Translations under genes and position numbers: made by a program | DNA from: a virus | Taxonomy: Duplodnaviria > Caudoviricetes | Strand: one strand, 5' to 3' | Length of the DNA: 64,000 nt | Virus record (IMG/VR): IMGVR_UViG_3300028591_000104 | Span: 64,001 to 128,000 of that record | Shown here: one piece after another, positions 1 through 9,944 of the stretch | Position numbering within the stretch: position 1 is the stretch's first letter | Layout: every line of letters starts with the position of its first letter | The notes under the pieces: model-generated | Told to the model about the DNA's origin: nothing | Seen by the model: the letters and a program-made list of their open reading frames with translations, nothing else | The model's database searches: none

Positions 1-2
1 AA

Positions 3-512
3 TATTATTATCCTATTCATCAAGCAATAAGAAAATATGGAATTGAAAACTTTTCTGTTGAAATTATAGAAGAATGCTCTCAAGAACTTTTAAATCAACG
101 AGAAATTTATTGGATAAAATTTTATGACTCTTACCACAATGGTTATAATGCCACTTTAGGTGGAGATGGCAATTCAAAATACAATTATGATGAAATAGTA
201 AATTTTTTCTTACAAAATAATTTTTCTATTTTATTAACTTGTCAACATTTTAAAATTTATGACCAAGTTGTATATAGTGCTTTAAAAAGTAAAAATATAG
301 ATTATAAAAGTTTAACTGATAAAAAGATAAAAAATCAACAAGACAAAAAAAAGAAAAAAATAAAAATGGTAGAAACTGGGCAGTTATTTAATTCTATGTC
401 ACAAATAGATAGTTATTTTGGAAAAGTAGTACATCCTAACATTCGTAGATGTTTAAATGGAATAACTGAAAAAGCATATGGATACCATTGGGAAGAGGTA
501 GAAGATGAGTAA
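3..512 (+). CDS. GIY-YIG homing endonuclease, 5'-truncated by window edge
   Basis: Frame 3 reads AIRKYGIENFSVEIIEEC..LNQREIYWIKFYDSYHNGYNATLGGDG (GIY-YIG C-terminal core) and ends KAYGYHWEE..TAA at 510-512; absent from ORF track. Confidence 0.85.
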   Translation, partial: YYYPIHQAIRKYGIENFSVEIIEECSQELLNQREIYWIKFYDSYHNGYNATLGGDGNSKYNYDEIVNFFLQNNFSILLTCQHFKIYDQVVYSALKSKNIDYKSLTDKKIKNQQDKKKKKIKMVETGQLFNSMSQIDSYFGKVVHPNIRRCLNGITEKAYGYHWEEVEDE

Positions 513-1071
513 TATATGGTTTACTTCAGATTGGCATTTCAATCATAACAAATCTTTTGTTTATGAACCAAGAGGTTTTAAAAATGTTTATGATATGAAT
601 AAAATGATAATAAAAAATTTTAATAGTGTTGTAAAATATGAAGATACAGTTTATTGCTTAGGTGATTGTATGTTAGGAGACAATGCTATTGGAATTTCTT
701 GCTTAAAACAGCTAAATTGCGGAAATATAAAAATTATTTTGGGTAACCATTGCACCAAAGTGAGAGAAGAATTATATAAAACAATGTATAATGTAGAAGT
801 ATTAGGCTATGCTAATATACTTAAGTATCATCACTATACTTTTTACTTATCTCACTATCCAACAATAGTTTCAAACTATGACGCGGACAAGCCCTTAAAG
901 GCGCGCGTCATCAACCTCTGCGGCCATTCTCACACACAAGATAAGTTTCATGATTTTGATAAGGGGTTAATATATCATTGTGAACTAGACGCCCATAATA
1001 ATACCCTAGTATCAATAGACCAAATAATTTTAGATATAAAAGAAAGGATAAATAATAATGGAAAATATTAA
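505..1071 (+). CDS. calcineurin-like metallophosphoesterase
   Basis: Motifs SDWHFNH, LGD, GNH, HYP, GHSH. Confidence 0.9.
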   Translation: MSNIWFTSDWHFNHNKSFVYEPRGFKNVYDMNKMIIKNFNSVVKYEDTVYCLGDCMLGDNAIGISCLKQLNCGNIKIILGNHCTKVREELYKTMYNVEVLGYANILKYHHYTFYLSHYPTIVSNYDADKPLKARVINLCGHSHTQDKFHDFDKGLIYHCELDAHNNTLVSIDQIILDIKERINNNGKY

Positions 1072-1444
1072 TTTTTATTACACCAACGACAATACTACAA
1101 TCTGTGTTCTCACCCACCCCGATAGTGGTCAGAAATTTGTAGGCATAGCTAAATGTAATCCAGAAGATAGTTATAATCAGCGTATAGGCGAGCAAATTGC
1201 TGAAATGCGAGCAGAAACTGAGATTTATAGATATCTTAGGGAGAGTTATCGAGAAGAAGAGAATAGGCTTAAAATTCTTATCACTGACATGGAACAGAGT
1301 AAGAAGTATAATCCTAAATCTTATGAAGCAAAAAGTATTAAAAGGCAATATTGGAACGCTAAATCGTCTAGAATAGACTTTGATATTATGATTAAGCATA
1401 TGAAAGATACTATTAATAGTTATATTGCGGTCAGATGTAAATAA
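1058..1444 (+). CDS. hypothetical phage protein
   Basis: ORF with AAGGA RBS, overlaps upstream gene, TAA stop. Confidence 0.7.
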   Translation: MENINFYYTNDNTTICVLTHPDSGQKFVGIAKCNPEDSYNQRIGEQIAEMRAETEIYRYLRESYREEENRLKILITDMEQSKKYNPKSYEAKSIKRQYWNAKSSRIDFDIMIKHMKDTINSYIAVRCK

Positions 1445-1470
1445 TTTCTTATAAATAATTTTCAATTATA
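1429..1470 (+). promoter_or_regulatory. class II motif, putative phage-specific (late) promoter
   Basis: GGTCAG-N6-ATAATT-N12-TTTTCAATTATA; same spacing as copies at 38760 and 56829(-). Confidence 0.55.
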
Positions 1471-1481
1471 ATGAAAGGAAG

Positions 1482-1718
1482 GTGATTTTTATCGAATACT
1501 TACTTTTTTTCATTATAGGAATTATAGCCTAGGAATGGGTATTCCCTTTAATAGATTCCTTTATCCAGCTACTTGGCGTTCATCTTGAAGAAAAGAAAAA
1601 TATAGTAGCTGTTAGAATAAAAAAATTACAATCCCAACTCGAAGAACCTGAGGAGAAGCCATACTATATCGGGTTTCAAGTCGAACCAGAGGATGATGAA
1701 GAGGAGGATGAAGAATAA
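1482..1718 (+). CDS. small membrane protein, 78 aa, one in-frame TAG (1530)
   Basis: Hydrophobic N-terminus GIIA*EWVFPLID, acidic tail; TAA overlaps phoH ATG (TAATG); start GTG 1482 or in-frame ATC 1491 after AGGAAGGTGA. Confidence 0.7.
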
Positions 1719-2962
1719 TGGCAATTAAATTTTTAGATACCAGTTCTTTATTATTGCAAATTCCTATTGAGTTTTTTTATATTAGTGATTTAACTTTAAT
1801 AGAACTTGAAGGAATTAAAAATTCTTCTAATAAAGATTATGAAATAAAACAAAAAGCTAGAACTGTATCTAGATTTATTATGGAAAATTATGATAACAAC
1901 AAATTTAAAGTTGTTAATTATAATATTAATCAATTAAACTATATTTTAGAGCCAGACGACGATAAGACTAAAGCTAATAATGATTTAAAGATTTTAGCTA
2001 CTGCGTGTTGGCTAAAACACTTTCATGAGGATGAAGGTTTGGAATTTTATACCAATGATATAAATTTATTTAACCTAGCTCGTTGTCATGGATTAAATGC
2101 TAAGCAAGTAGAGCCTATACAAGAAGATTACAACGGATATGTTGAAGTCACACTTAGTGACGAAGAAATGGCTGATTATTATAGTCATTTAGGGTGTAAT
2201 TATTTTAATCTTTATATCGGTGAGTATGTAATTATATATAATACTGACCAAGAGGTAGTAGATATAGCTTGTTGGGAAGGCAATAAAATGCGGTCAATTA
2301 CTTATCCAAACCTTTATTCTGATTATTTTGGAAAGCTAAAAGCTAAGAATGATGACCCTTATCAGAAAATAGCTTGTGATAGTTTAATGAATAATCAGTT
2401 AACCGTTTTGCGCGGACCCGCCGGTTCTGGAAAGTCATATCTCGGATTAGGTTATCTTTTTAGTCTATTGGATAATGGTAAAATAGATAAGATAGTTATG
2501 TTTGTTAATCCAATGGCAGAAAGAAATAGTTGTAAATTTGGTTTTCTACCGGGTACTTTATTAGAAAAAATACTTGGTAGCCAAATTGGAAATTTTTTAT
2601 CCTCTAAATTGGGAGGAATTGAAAATGTATATTCTTTAGTAGATGAAGGAAAACTGGAGTTTATAGCCACTGCAGATGCCAGAGGTTATGATACATCTAA
2701 TATGAAATGTGGTATTTTTATGACCGAGGCGCAAAATACTACAATAGATATGATGAAACTTCTACTTGAGAGATTCGGAGAAGATACAATAGGTGTATTT
2801 GAGGGTGATACTGAATGTCAAGTAGACCATGCAAGTTATGAAAATGGGAATAATGGATTAAGAAGAGTGTGTGAAGTATTTAAAGGGCAACCTTATTTCG
2901 GAACTGTTATACTTAAAAATTGCTATCGAAGTAAAATAGCTAAACAAGCACTTAAAATGTAA
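1718..2962 (+). CDS. phoH: PIN-domain PhoH-family ATPase
   Basis: N-terminal PIN-like (LDTSSL, NNDLKIL, TNDINL), Walker A GPAGSGKS, FGFLPG, RG, EAQN, GD..QVD, NGL, RS. Confidence 0.9.
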   Translation: MAIKFLDTSSLLLQIPIEFFYISDLTLIELEGIKNSSNKDYEIKQKARTVSRFIMENYDNNKFKVVNYNINQLNYILEPDDDKTKANNDLKILATACWLKHFHEDEGLEFYTNDINLFNLARCHGLNAKQVEPIQEDYNGYVEVTLSDEEMADYYSHLGCNYFNLYIGEYVIIYNTDQEVVDIACWEGNKMRSITYPNLYSDYFGKLKAKNDDPYQKIACDSLMNNQLTVLRGPAGSGKSYLGLGYLFSLLDNGKIDKIVMFVNPMAERNSCKFGFLPGTLLEKILGSQIGNFLSSKLGGIENVYSLVDEGKLEFIATADARGYDTSNMKCGIFMTEAQNTTIDMMKLLLERFGEDTIGVFEGDTECQVDHASYENGNNGLRRVCEVFKGQPYFGTVILKNCYRSKIAKQALKM

Positions 2963-2972
2963 GATAAAAATG

Positions 2973-2998
2973 GGTAGAGCGAAAGCTCTACCTTTTTT
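2973..2998 (+). terminator. intrinsic terminator
   Basis: GGTAGAGC-GAAA-GCTCTACC followed by T-run. Confidence 0.85.
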
Positions 2999-3029
2999 AT
3001 TATAAAAAGAAACAAAGGAGGAAAAAATA

Positions 3030-3989
3030 ATGGGTAACTATGCTAGTACTATTATAAAACAAGCAATAGAAGAAATTGGATATTTAGAAAAAAAGTCCAA
3101 TAGCCAATTAGATAGTAAAACTGCTAATGCTGGTTCTAATAATTTTACAAAGTATGCTCGTGATGTTTGGGAAAAAGCTAGAAATATTCTGAACGGTAAT
3201 AAGCAAGGCGTTGACTGGTGTGCTGTATTCTGCATTTGGTTATTTGTAATAAGTTTTGGCGCTGCTATCGCACAAAAAATATTATTCTTACCAAATAAGA
3301 GTAGCGCGGCCGGGGCACATTACTTTATGAATTATTTTAAAGCTAAGAAAAGATTTTATTCATCTCCTAAACCTGGAGACTTGATTTTCTTCGGAACTAG
3401 TAGGGCAAGACACGTAGGTGTAGTAGAGTATGTTACAAGTACGGAAGTACATACTATTGAAGGTAATTCTTCCAATAGAGTAAGAAGAAAGAAATATAAA
3501 TTATCTAATAAAGATATTTTAGGCTATGGTCGTCCAGATTATGATGCGGAGCCAGGTCCCACTCCACCACCCACCCCGCCGCAGCCAGATACTTTTGAAG
3601 TTGGCGATAAGGTTAAAATCGTAGAGGGAGCTACTTGGGCAAGTGGATCTAAAATTCCTAAATGGGTAATGGATTCTGTACTGTACGTAAGACAGATCCG
3701 CAAAGATGGCAATATTGCTATTTCTATTTATGAAACAGGAGCTATTACTGGGGTTATAAATCCTAAATACCTTATTAAAATTGAAGATACTTATACTGCT
3801 ATAGTAATAGATGTGGCAGGCACTTATCTTAATGTACGTTCTGGTCCTGGTAAATCATATCCTGATATTGGTAGATTATATGATGGAAACCTTATTAAGA
3901 TTGACCAAGAGGATGGCAGATGGGTACACATGACTCATGGTGACCTTGTTGGTTGGTGTTCTATGGACTATATTAAGAAAGTAGGATAA
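3030..3989 (+). CDS. endolysin: CHAP amidase + Pro linker + SH3b-like cell-wall binding domains
   Basis: WCAVF, PGDLIFF, HVGVV, TIEGN; PGPTPPPTPPQP linker; LNVRSGPGKSY. Confidence 0.9.
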   Translation: MGNYASTIIKQAIEEIGYLEKKSNSQLDSKTANAGSNNFTKYARDVWEKARNILNGNKQGVDWCAVFCIWLFVISFGAAIAQKILFLPNKSSAAGAHYFMNYFKAKKRFYSSPKPGDLIFFGTSRARHVGVVEYVTSTEVHTIEGNSSNRVRRKKYKLSNKDILGYGRPDYDAEPGPTPPPTPPQPDTFEVGDKVKIVEGATWASGSKIPKWVMDSVLYVRQIRKDGNIAISIYETGAITGVINPKYLIKIEDTYTAIVIDVAGTYLNVRSGPGKSYPDIGRLYDGNLIKIDQEDGRWVHMTHGDLVGWCSMDYIKKVG

Positions 3990-3993
3990 GCCT

Positions 3994-4308
3994 ATGAAAA
4001 AAACAGGACTTAAACATTTGCCAGTGCCAAAAAATAAAAAGAAATTAGAATTTTCTAAGATACTATTAATTCAAGAATCAATTTTAATCTGGGTTATGAC
4101 TATTTCTTTTATTGTTCTTGCTTTTGTTTGTATTTATAAAGAATATCTTGGTGAACTTCCTTGGTTGAGCGCGATGGTAGCACTTCCATGGACAGCCTAT
4201 GGCGCGAGCCAGGGTTTCTATTATAATAAAGCGAAAGCAGAAAATACTAAAGATGGGATAGTTTATGAAACTGCTTTAGCTGATAAGGAAGAAGAACCTA
4301 AAGGCTAA
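3994..4308 (+). CDS. holin-like two-TM protein
   Basis: EFSKILL, two hydrophobic helices, FYYNKAKAEN; directly after endolysin. Confidence 0.65.
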   Translation: MKKTGLKHLPVPKNKKKLEFSKILLIQESILIWVMTISFIVLAFVCIYKEYLGELPWLSAMVALPWTAYGASQGFYYNKAKAENTKDGIVYETALADKEEEPKG

Positions 4309-4343
4309 CTATATTGTATCAAAAAAAATCTAAAATTTCAAGA

Positions 4344-4375
4344 TGGGGTATCCTCTAAGGGATGCCCCACTTTTT
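4344..4375 (+). terminator. intrinsic terminator
   Basis: TGGGGTATCC...GGATGCCCCA + TTTTT. Confidence 0.8.
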
Positions 4376-4377
4376 AT

Positions 4378-4406
4378 TTGCAAATTTGAAAATTTTTTGT
4401 TATAAT
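4378..4406 (+). promoter_or_regulatory. sigmaA-type promoter
   Basis: TTGCAA-17-TATAAT with TG extended -10. Confidence 0.7.
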
Positions 4407-4447
4407 TAGTTTGGACGAAACGATTAATGGATTTGAGAAGAGAAAAT

Positions 4448-4476
4448 TTGACAAATATAAAAATATATGTTATAAT
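4448..4476 (+). promoter_or_regulatory. sigmaA-type promoter for gyrB operon
   Basis: Perfect TTGACA-17-TATAAT with TG extended -10. Confidence 0.85.
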
Positions 4477-4510
4477 ATTATTGTATAAGAAATGAAAGGA
4501 GTTTGTTATA

Positions 4511-6424
4511 GTGGCAGATAAAAAATTATATACTAAAGATAGTATTGAGTCTTTAACCCCACTAGAATTTACTCGTCTTAGACCACAAGTTTATTGTGGA
4601 GATACTTCTTATTCTACTCAGCTTTTGGTAGAAATAATAAGTAATTCTATAGATGAATATAGATTAGGTCATGGTAATAAGATAGAAGTAAAGGTCGAAG
4701 AAGATGATACTATAACTGTTAGAGATTATGGTCAAGGTTTTTTGGTTAATGAAAAGCGCTCTGAAGATGGTAAAACAATTTTGGAGGCTGCTTTTAGTGT
4801 TTTAAATACTTCCGGTAAATATAGCGAAGATGGCGTTTATTCGGGGACTTCCCTTGGTTCTTTTGGTATCGGAAGTAAAATTACCACTTATCTTTCTCAT
4901 AAACTTATAGTAACAACTTATAGAGATAAAAAATTTGAAACTGTTACTTTTAAAGAGGGTGAATTTGCTGATAGAAAAGTTGGTAAATCTGCAGAACCTA
5001 CAGGAACTCAAGTAACTTATTCTCCTTCAGAAGAATTTTTTACTGATAAGGGAATAGAAATTAAGAAAATAAAAGATTTGTTTAAGACTATTAGTTGTCT
5101 TTGTCCTGGTTTAACTATAGAATTAACATATAAGTCTGAACCTAAAGAAATCTTTTATTCTGATAAAGGTCTTGATGACTTTGTAACTAATGCTGTTGGA
5201 GAAAAAGAAATTATAAGAAATCGTTTTCATAGTACTTTTAATGCTGATGAAAAAAATAAGATGGATTTTATCCTCACTTATACTACAGATTATAGCTCTA
5301 ACATGATAGCATATGTTAATACAGGTCTTACAGAGCGTGGACCACACATTACTTTAATCAAAACTTTTATTACAAGAGAATTTAATAAGTTTTTTAGGGA
5401 AAAAGGTTGGTTAAAAGAAAAAGAAGATAACCTTGAGGGTAGTGATATCCAAGAGGGAATGTATATAGTTTTCAATATAACGGCGCCCAATGTCGCCTAC
5501 AATGCGCAAGTAAAAAGTGATATTACGAAGATTGATATGAAGCCATTCACACCTAATCTTACAGAAGAACTTCATACATGGCTTCTAGCAAATGAAAAAG
5601 AAATTAAAATAATAGCTGATAAAGCCATTAATGCCCGTAAGGCTAGAGAAGCTGCCAAGAAAGCTAGAGATGCTGCCAGAGGCGTAGAAAAGAAAAAGGA
5701 AAAGAAATTATTAAATCTTCCTAGCAAATTAATTGATGCCTATGGAAAAAAGAGAGAAAAATGTGAATTATTAATTGTAGAAGGAGACTCCGCGGCAGGA
5801 GGGTTGGTGGAAGCACGTGATCCAGAGATTATGGCAATTTTCCCAATCCGTGGTAAAATTATTTCTGCATATAAAAACAGTAATGAAAAAATATTTGCTA
5901 ATCAAGAAGTTGTAAATATTATTAAGGCTCTTGGGCTTGATGTAGATGCAAAGACAGGTAAAATAATTTATGATAAATCTAAATTACGTTATGGTAAAAT
6001 AGTGCTTTGCGCTGATGCAGATCCAGATGGCCAGGCAATTAAAAATTTGTTACTTGAATTATTTTGGTGGTTATGTCCAGAACTTGTTAAAAATGGTCAT
6101 ATTTACGCTGCCGTACCGCCTCTTTTTAGAATAACTACAAAGAAAAATAAATATATTTTCCTTAAAGACCAAAAGGCTTTAGAAGAATATAAAAATACTC
6201 ACACTGGAGAGTCTTATTTAGTTAATCGAAATAAGGGATTGGGAGAACAAGATGCTTCTGAGCTTCGTGAAGCTATTATCGATGAAAAAACAAGAAATAT
6301 AGTTCAGATAGTGGTAGAAGATGAAAAAGAAGCTTCTAAATTAATGGAATGCTTAATGGGTTCTTCAGTGCCTCCTCGTAGAGAATATTTATTAAAACAT
6401 AGTGAGGAGGCGAATTTAGAGTGA
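4511..6424 (+). CDS. gyrB: type IIA topoisomerase (gyrase) subunit B
   Basis: EIISNSIDE, DYGQG, GSFGIG ATPase motifs; VEGDSA, PIRGK, DADPDG TOPRIM; NKGLGE. Confidence 0.92.
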   Translation: MADKKLYTKDSIESLTPLEFTRLRPQVYCGDTSYSTQLLVEIISNSIDEYRLGHGNKIEVKVEEDDTITVRDYGQGFLVNEKRSEDGKTILEAAFSVLNTSGKYSEDGVYSGTSLGSFGIGSKITTYLSHKLIVTTYRDKKFETVTFKEGEFADRKVGKSAEPTGTQVTYSPSEEFFTDKGIEIKKIKDLFKTISCLCPGLTIELTYKSEPKEIFYSDKGLDDFVTNAVGEKEIIRNRFHSTFNADEKNKMDFILTYTTDYSSNMIAYVNTGLTERGPHITLIKTFITREFNKFFREKGWLKEKEDNLEGSDIQEGMYIVFNITAPNVAYNAQVKSDITKIDMKPFTPNLTEELHTWLLANEKEIKIIADKAINARKAREAAKKARDAARGVEKKKEKKLLNLPSKLIDAYGKKREKCELLIVEGDSAAGGLVEARDPEIMAIFPIRGKIISAYKNSNEKIFANQEVVNIIKALGLDVDAKTGKIIYDKSKLRYGKIVLCADADPDGQAIKNLLLELFWWLCPELVKNGHIYAAVPPLFRITTKKNKYIFLKDQKALEEYKNTHTGESYLVNRNKGLGEQDASELREAIIDEKTRNIVQIVVEDEKEASKLMECLMGSSVPPRREYLLKHSEEANLE

Positions 6425-7164
6425 ATAAATATGGAATAATTTATAAAGTAACTAATTCTGTTAATAATAAAATTTATATTGGTCAAACGGTAAAAAATTT
6501 AAATGAAAGACGAAATGCTCATTATTATAAGGCAAGACATGAAAATTTAAACACACATTTTTTAAATGCTTTAAATAAATATCCTGAAGAAGTTTTTATT
6601 TGGGAAGAAATTGATGAAGCTAAAAATAGAGAAGAATTAGATAATAAAGAAATTTATTGGATAAATTATTATAATTCTATTGAAAATGGTTATAATACTA
6701 GGGCTGGCGGAGAAACGAGAAAAGAAGATGATAAATTTGCAGAAGCTTGTGGCTCTTCTCCATTTTTACTATATACCGCAAAAGGAGAATATGTTGGAGA
6801 ATTTGTCAATAAGCGTGATGTAGAGAGAAAATATGGCGTAAATCATAGCGACATTACTCAGATGATTAAAAACAATAAAGGTTCTTCTGGTGGTTATATA
6901 GCAATAGATAAAAAGAATTTTACACAAGAGATTTTAAAAGAAAGAATACAAATTGCTAATAAGAAAAAAGAGCAATTGTCACAAAAATATATTGCTATAG
7001 ATGTAAAGACTTTGCAAGAATACGGCCCCTTTAATACAATTAAAGAAATGGGAGAAGCATTAAATGTTAATCCTGCAAGTTTAAAAGTAAGTGATGTAAT
7101 TAAAGGAAAACGAAAAATAAGTTGTGGCTATACTTTTAAATTAAAAAAAGAAGGTGAAACATGA
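6421..7164 (+). CDS. free-standing GIY-YIG homing endonuclease with NUMOD-like C-terminus
   Basis: GIIYKVTNSVNNKIYIGQT..EIYWINYYNS..GYN; 4-nt overlaps with gyrB and gyrA. Confidence 0.88.
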   Translation: MNKYGIIYKVTNSVNNKIYIGQTVKNLNERRNAHYYKARHENLNTHFLNALNKYPEEVFIWEEIDEAKNREELDNKEIYWINYYNSIENGYNTRAGGETRKEDDKFAEACGSSPFLLYTAKGEYVGEFVNKRDVERKYGVNHSDITQMIKNNKGSSGGYIAIDKKNFTQEILKERIQIANKKKEQLSQKYIAIDVKTLQEYGPFNTIKEMGEALNVNPASLKVSDVIKGKRKISCGYTFKLKKEGET

Positions 7165-9500
7165 GTATTGATATAACACAAGAATTGCATCAAAATTTTA
7201 TAGACTTTTCTTATGAAGCCAATAGTCAAAGGGCATTTCCAGATGCTAGAGACGGATTAAAGCCTGGACAAAGAGCTTGTCTTTGGGAAATGTATGAAAA
7301 AGGATATATTCATTCTAAGCCTCATGTAAAAAGTGCAAAAATATCTGGCGGCGTTGCTGCTACATGGTGGCCGCATGGAACTACTGCCATTTATGATACC
7401 TTTACTCGTATGTCTCAAAATTGGATAAATAATATTCCAGAAGTAGAGTGGCATGGTGCAAATGGTTCAATAATTATAAGTAATGAGGCTGCCGCAGATC
7501 GTTATACAGAAGCTAGATTAAGTGCGGCCGCCCAGGCAGGAATGTTTGAGGGAATTAAGCAAAACAATGTCCCGATGATTAATAACTTTACAGAAGATGC
7601 ACAATGGCCAGAGGTATTACCAGCCGTAATGCCAAGGTTATTAATTAATGGTAGTATGGGTATTGGAGTAACAATAGCTAATACCTGGTTACCGATGAAT
7701 CTTAATGAATGCGCTGATGTAATTAAATCTTTTGTAAAAGATGAAGAAATAGATTATAATTCTTTAAAACTTATTGATTTTCCTTCTGGTGGAATAATTA
7801 TAAATTCTAAAGAATTGGGTAAAATTCATTCTACAGGAAAAGGAAAAGTTGTACTAAGAGGTATTACTAATATTAAAAATAATATTATAGAGATTACATC
7901 TTTTCCGTATCAGGTTTATATAGAACCTTGGATTGAGTCAGTTAAGAAATTAGTTAATGATGGAACTATAACTGGAATTGAAGATATTTATAATAAAAGC
8001 AGTAATGGAAAAATATTGGTAGAAGTTGAATGCTCCGGCAGTCCATCAACTATACTTCAGCAACTTTTTAAATTAACAGACCTTCAAAATTCTTATAATG
8101 CCAATCAGTTTGCTCTTATAGGAAATAAAACTCCTACTCTTTTAACACTTAAAGATTATTTAAAAGTTTATACAGAGCATAATTATGAATGTATAAAAAG
8201 AGAGTATAAATTTAATCTTGAAAAAGCTACTAGTCGTTTAGAGATAGTTGAAGGGTTATTAAAGGCAATAGTTAATATTGATGATATTATAGCTCTTATT
8301 AAGGCTTCTGATAGTTCTGCTCATGCAAGAGAAAATTTAATAAAAAAATATGGTTTTTCTGAAGCTCAGGCTAAGGCTATTACAAATATGAAACTTGGTA
8401 CTTTGGCTAGACTAGAAGGAGTAGAACTGGAGAAAGAAAAGAAAGAACTAACAGAAACAATAGAAGAATGTAATAAGATTTTATCCAACAGATCAGAACA
8501 AATAAATTTATTTATTACAAGATTAAATAAATTTGTTTCTGCTTATGGATATACCCGCCACACTCAGCTTACAGATATTGCGGAAGAAAAAGTTGCTAAA
8601 GAAATTGTAAATGTAGAACCTGAAAAGTGCGTTGTAATTATGACAGAAAGTGGCTTAATTAAGCGTATCCCCACTTCTTCCTTTAGGGAACAGAAGAAAG
8701 GTGGTAAGGGAATTAAGACTAAAGATGATATAGTATCTTCTATTATTAGGACTAACACTATTGATTCATTAATGGTATTTACAAATACTGGTACAATGTA
8801 TCGTCTGTTGGTTAATGATATCCCAGCCGGCACAAATACGACAAAGGGTACACCTATTAGAAGTTTGATTAATCTCCAGGCAAATGAACAGCCTATTATT
8901 ATCTATTCTATTTATAGAGATACAAAGGCTAAATATGTATTATTTGTTACAAAGAATGGTACAATTAAAAAGACTTCTCTTGAGGAATATACAAAGACAA
9001 TTAGAAAGACAGGAATATCTTGCTTGAAGTTGCGCGAAGGCGATGTGTTGGCGGACGCAACCTTAATTGATAACGAAGATATTGTTATCGTTACAAAGAA
9101 TGGTATGGGTATTAGATTTAAGTCTTCAGAAGTAGCAGCTTCTGGTAGAGCAACGATTGGTATTAAGGGTATTAGCCTTAAAGAAGGTGATAGTGTAATT
9201 AAGTTAGTACCAATAAGAGATGTTACAGATGATATTGCAATATTCACTGTTACTGGCCTTGGTAAGAGAATGTCCATAAGCGAACTCCCCGAGCAGAAAA
9301 GAAGTGGAAAGGGAGTAGCAATAGTCAAAGATGCTGAATTGGCAGATGCAATTATGGTAAATGATAGTGACATGGTTTTGGCTGTTGGAGTTTCTAACTC
9401 AATTTGTATTTCAGCATCAGAAATCACTAAGGCAACAAAGAACGCAGTTGGAACACAAATTATAAAAGGAACAAGATTACAAGGAGTAAGTAAAATATGA
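7161..9500 (+). CDS. gyrA: type IIA topoisomerase (gyrase) subunit A
   Basis: RAFPDARDGLKPGQR, PHG, AAADRYTEARL catalytic Tyr; beta-pinwheel CTD with GyrA-box-like QKKGGKG. Confidence 0.92.
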   Translation: MSIDITQELHQNFIDFSYEANSQRAFPDARDGLKPGQRACLWEMYEKGYIHSKPHVKSAKISGGVAATWWPHGTTAIYDTFTRMSQNWINNIPEVEWHGANGSIIISNEAAADRYTEARLSAAAQAGMFEGIKQNNVPMINNFTEDAQWPEVLPAVMPRLLINGSMGIGVTIANTWLPMNLNECADVIKSFVKDEEIDYNSLKLIDFPSGGIIINSKELGKIHSTGKGKVVLRGITNIKNNIIEITSFPYQVYIEPWIESVKKLVNDGTITGIEDIYNKSSNGKILVEVECSGSPSTILQQLFKLTDLQNSYNANQFALIGNKTPTLLTLKDYLKVYTEHNYECIKREYKFNLEKATSRLEIVEGLLKAIVNIDDIIALIKASDSSAHARENLIKKYGFSEAQAKAITNMKLGTLARLEGVELEKEKKELTETIEECNKILSNRSEQINLFITRLNKFVSAYGYTRHTQLTDIAEEKVAKEIVNVEPEKCVVIMTESGLIKRIPTSSFREQKKGGKGIKTKDDIVSSIIRTNTIDSLMVFTNTGTMYRLLVNDIPAGTNTTKGTPIRSLINLQANEQPIIIYSIYRDTKAKYVLFVTKNGTIKKTSLEEYTKTIRKTGISCLKLREGDVLADATLIDNEDIVIVTKNGMGIRFKSSEVAASGRATIGIKGISLKEGDSVIKLVPIRDVTDDIAIFTVTGLGKRMSISELPEQKRSGKGVAIVKDAELADAIMVNDSDMVLAVGVSNSICISASEITKATKNAVGTQIIKGTRLQGVSKI

Positions 9501-9940
9501 AACAACTTATTATTGCTAGAAAAGATTTAAATATGTCTGCTGGTAAACTCGCCGCACAGGTGAGCCATGCCAGCATGGCTTTTATCTCTACTATGATAAG
9601 AAATAATACTAAATATGATAATAGTATGAATTTTTTACCTTGTCACTTTTTAATAGAAAAAGAAATATATGAAGAATGGTTTCAAGGAAGTTTTACTAAA
9701 GTAGTGTGTGAAGCAAAAAATAAAAATCATTTGATGAAAGTAGTAGAAGTAGCTAAGACCATGGGATTAGTCGAAGGTAAAGATTTCTTTTTAATTAAAG
9801 ATAATTGTTATACTGAATTGGAACCCGAAGAAGTCGATGAGAATGGCATCGGCAGAACTCTTACCTGTATTGGTTTTAAACCTTTACCTGATGAGATGGC
9901 AGAAAAGTTAAGCAAAAAGTATCAGTTATATAAAGGATAA
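9497..9940 (+). CDS. pth2: peptidyl-tRNA hydrolase, Pth2 family
   Basis: KQLIIARKDLNMSAGKLAAQVSHAS, KVV, IKD..TEL, TCIG..P. Confidence 0.85.
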   Translation: MKQLIIARKDLNMSAGKLAAQVSHASMAFISTMIRNNTKYDNSMNFLPCHFLIEKEIYEEWFQGSFTKVVCEAKNKNHLMKVVEVAKTMGLVEGKDFFLIKDNCYTELEPEEVDENGIGRTLTCIGFKPLPDEMAEKLSKKYQLYKG

Positions 9941-9944
9941 ACTT

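Noticed and set aside
6421-7164. Group I intron or intein in gyrase, nrdD or dnaE
   Set aside because: The endonuclease is free-standing between complete genes, with no room for intron RNA; no intein motifs seen.
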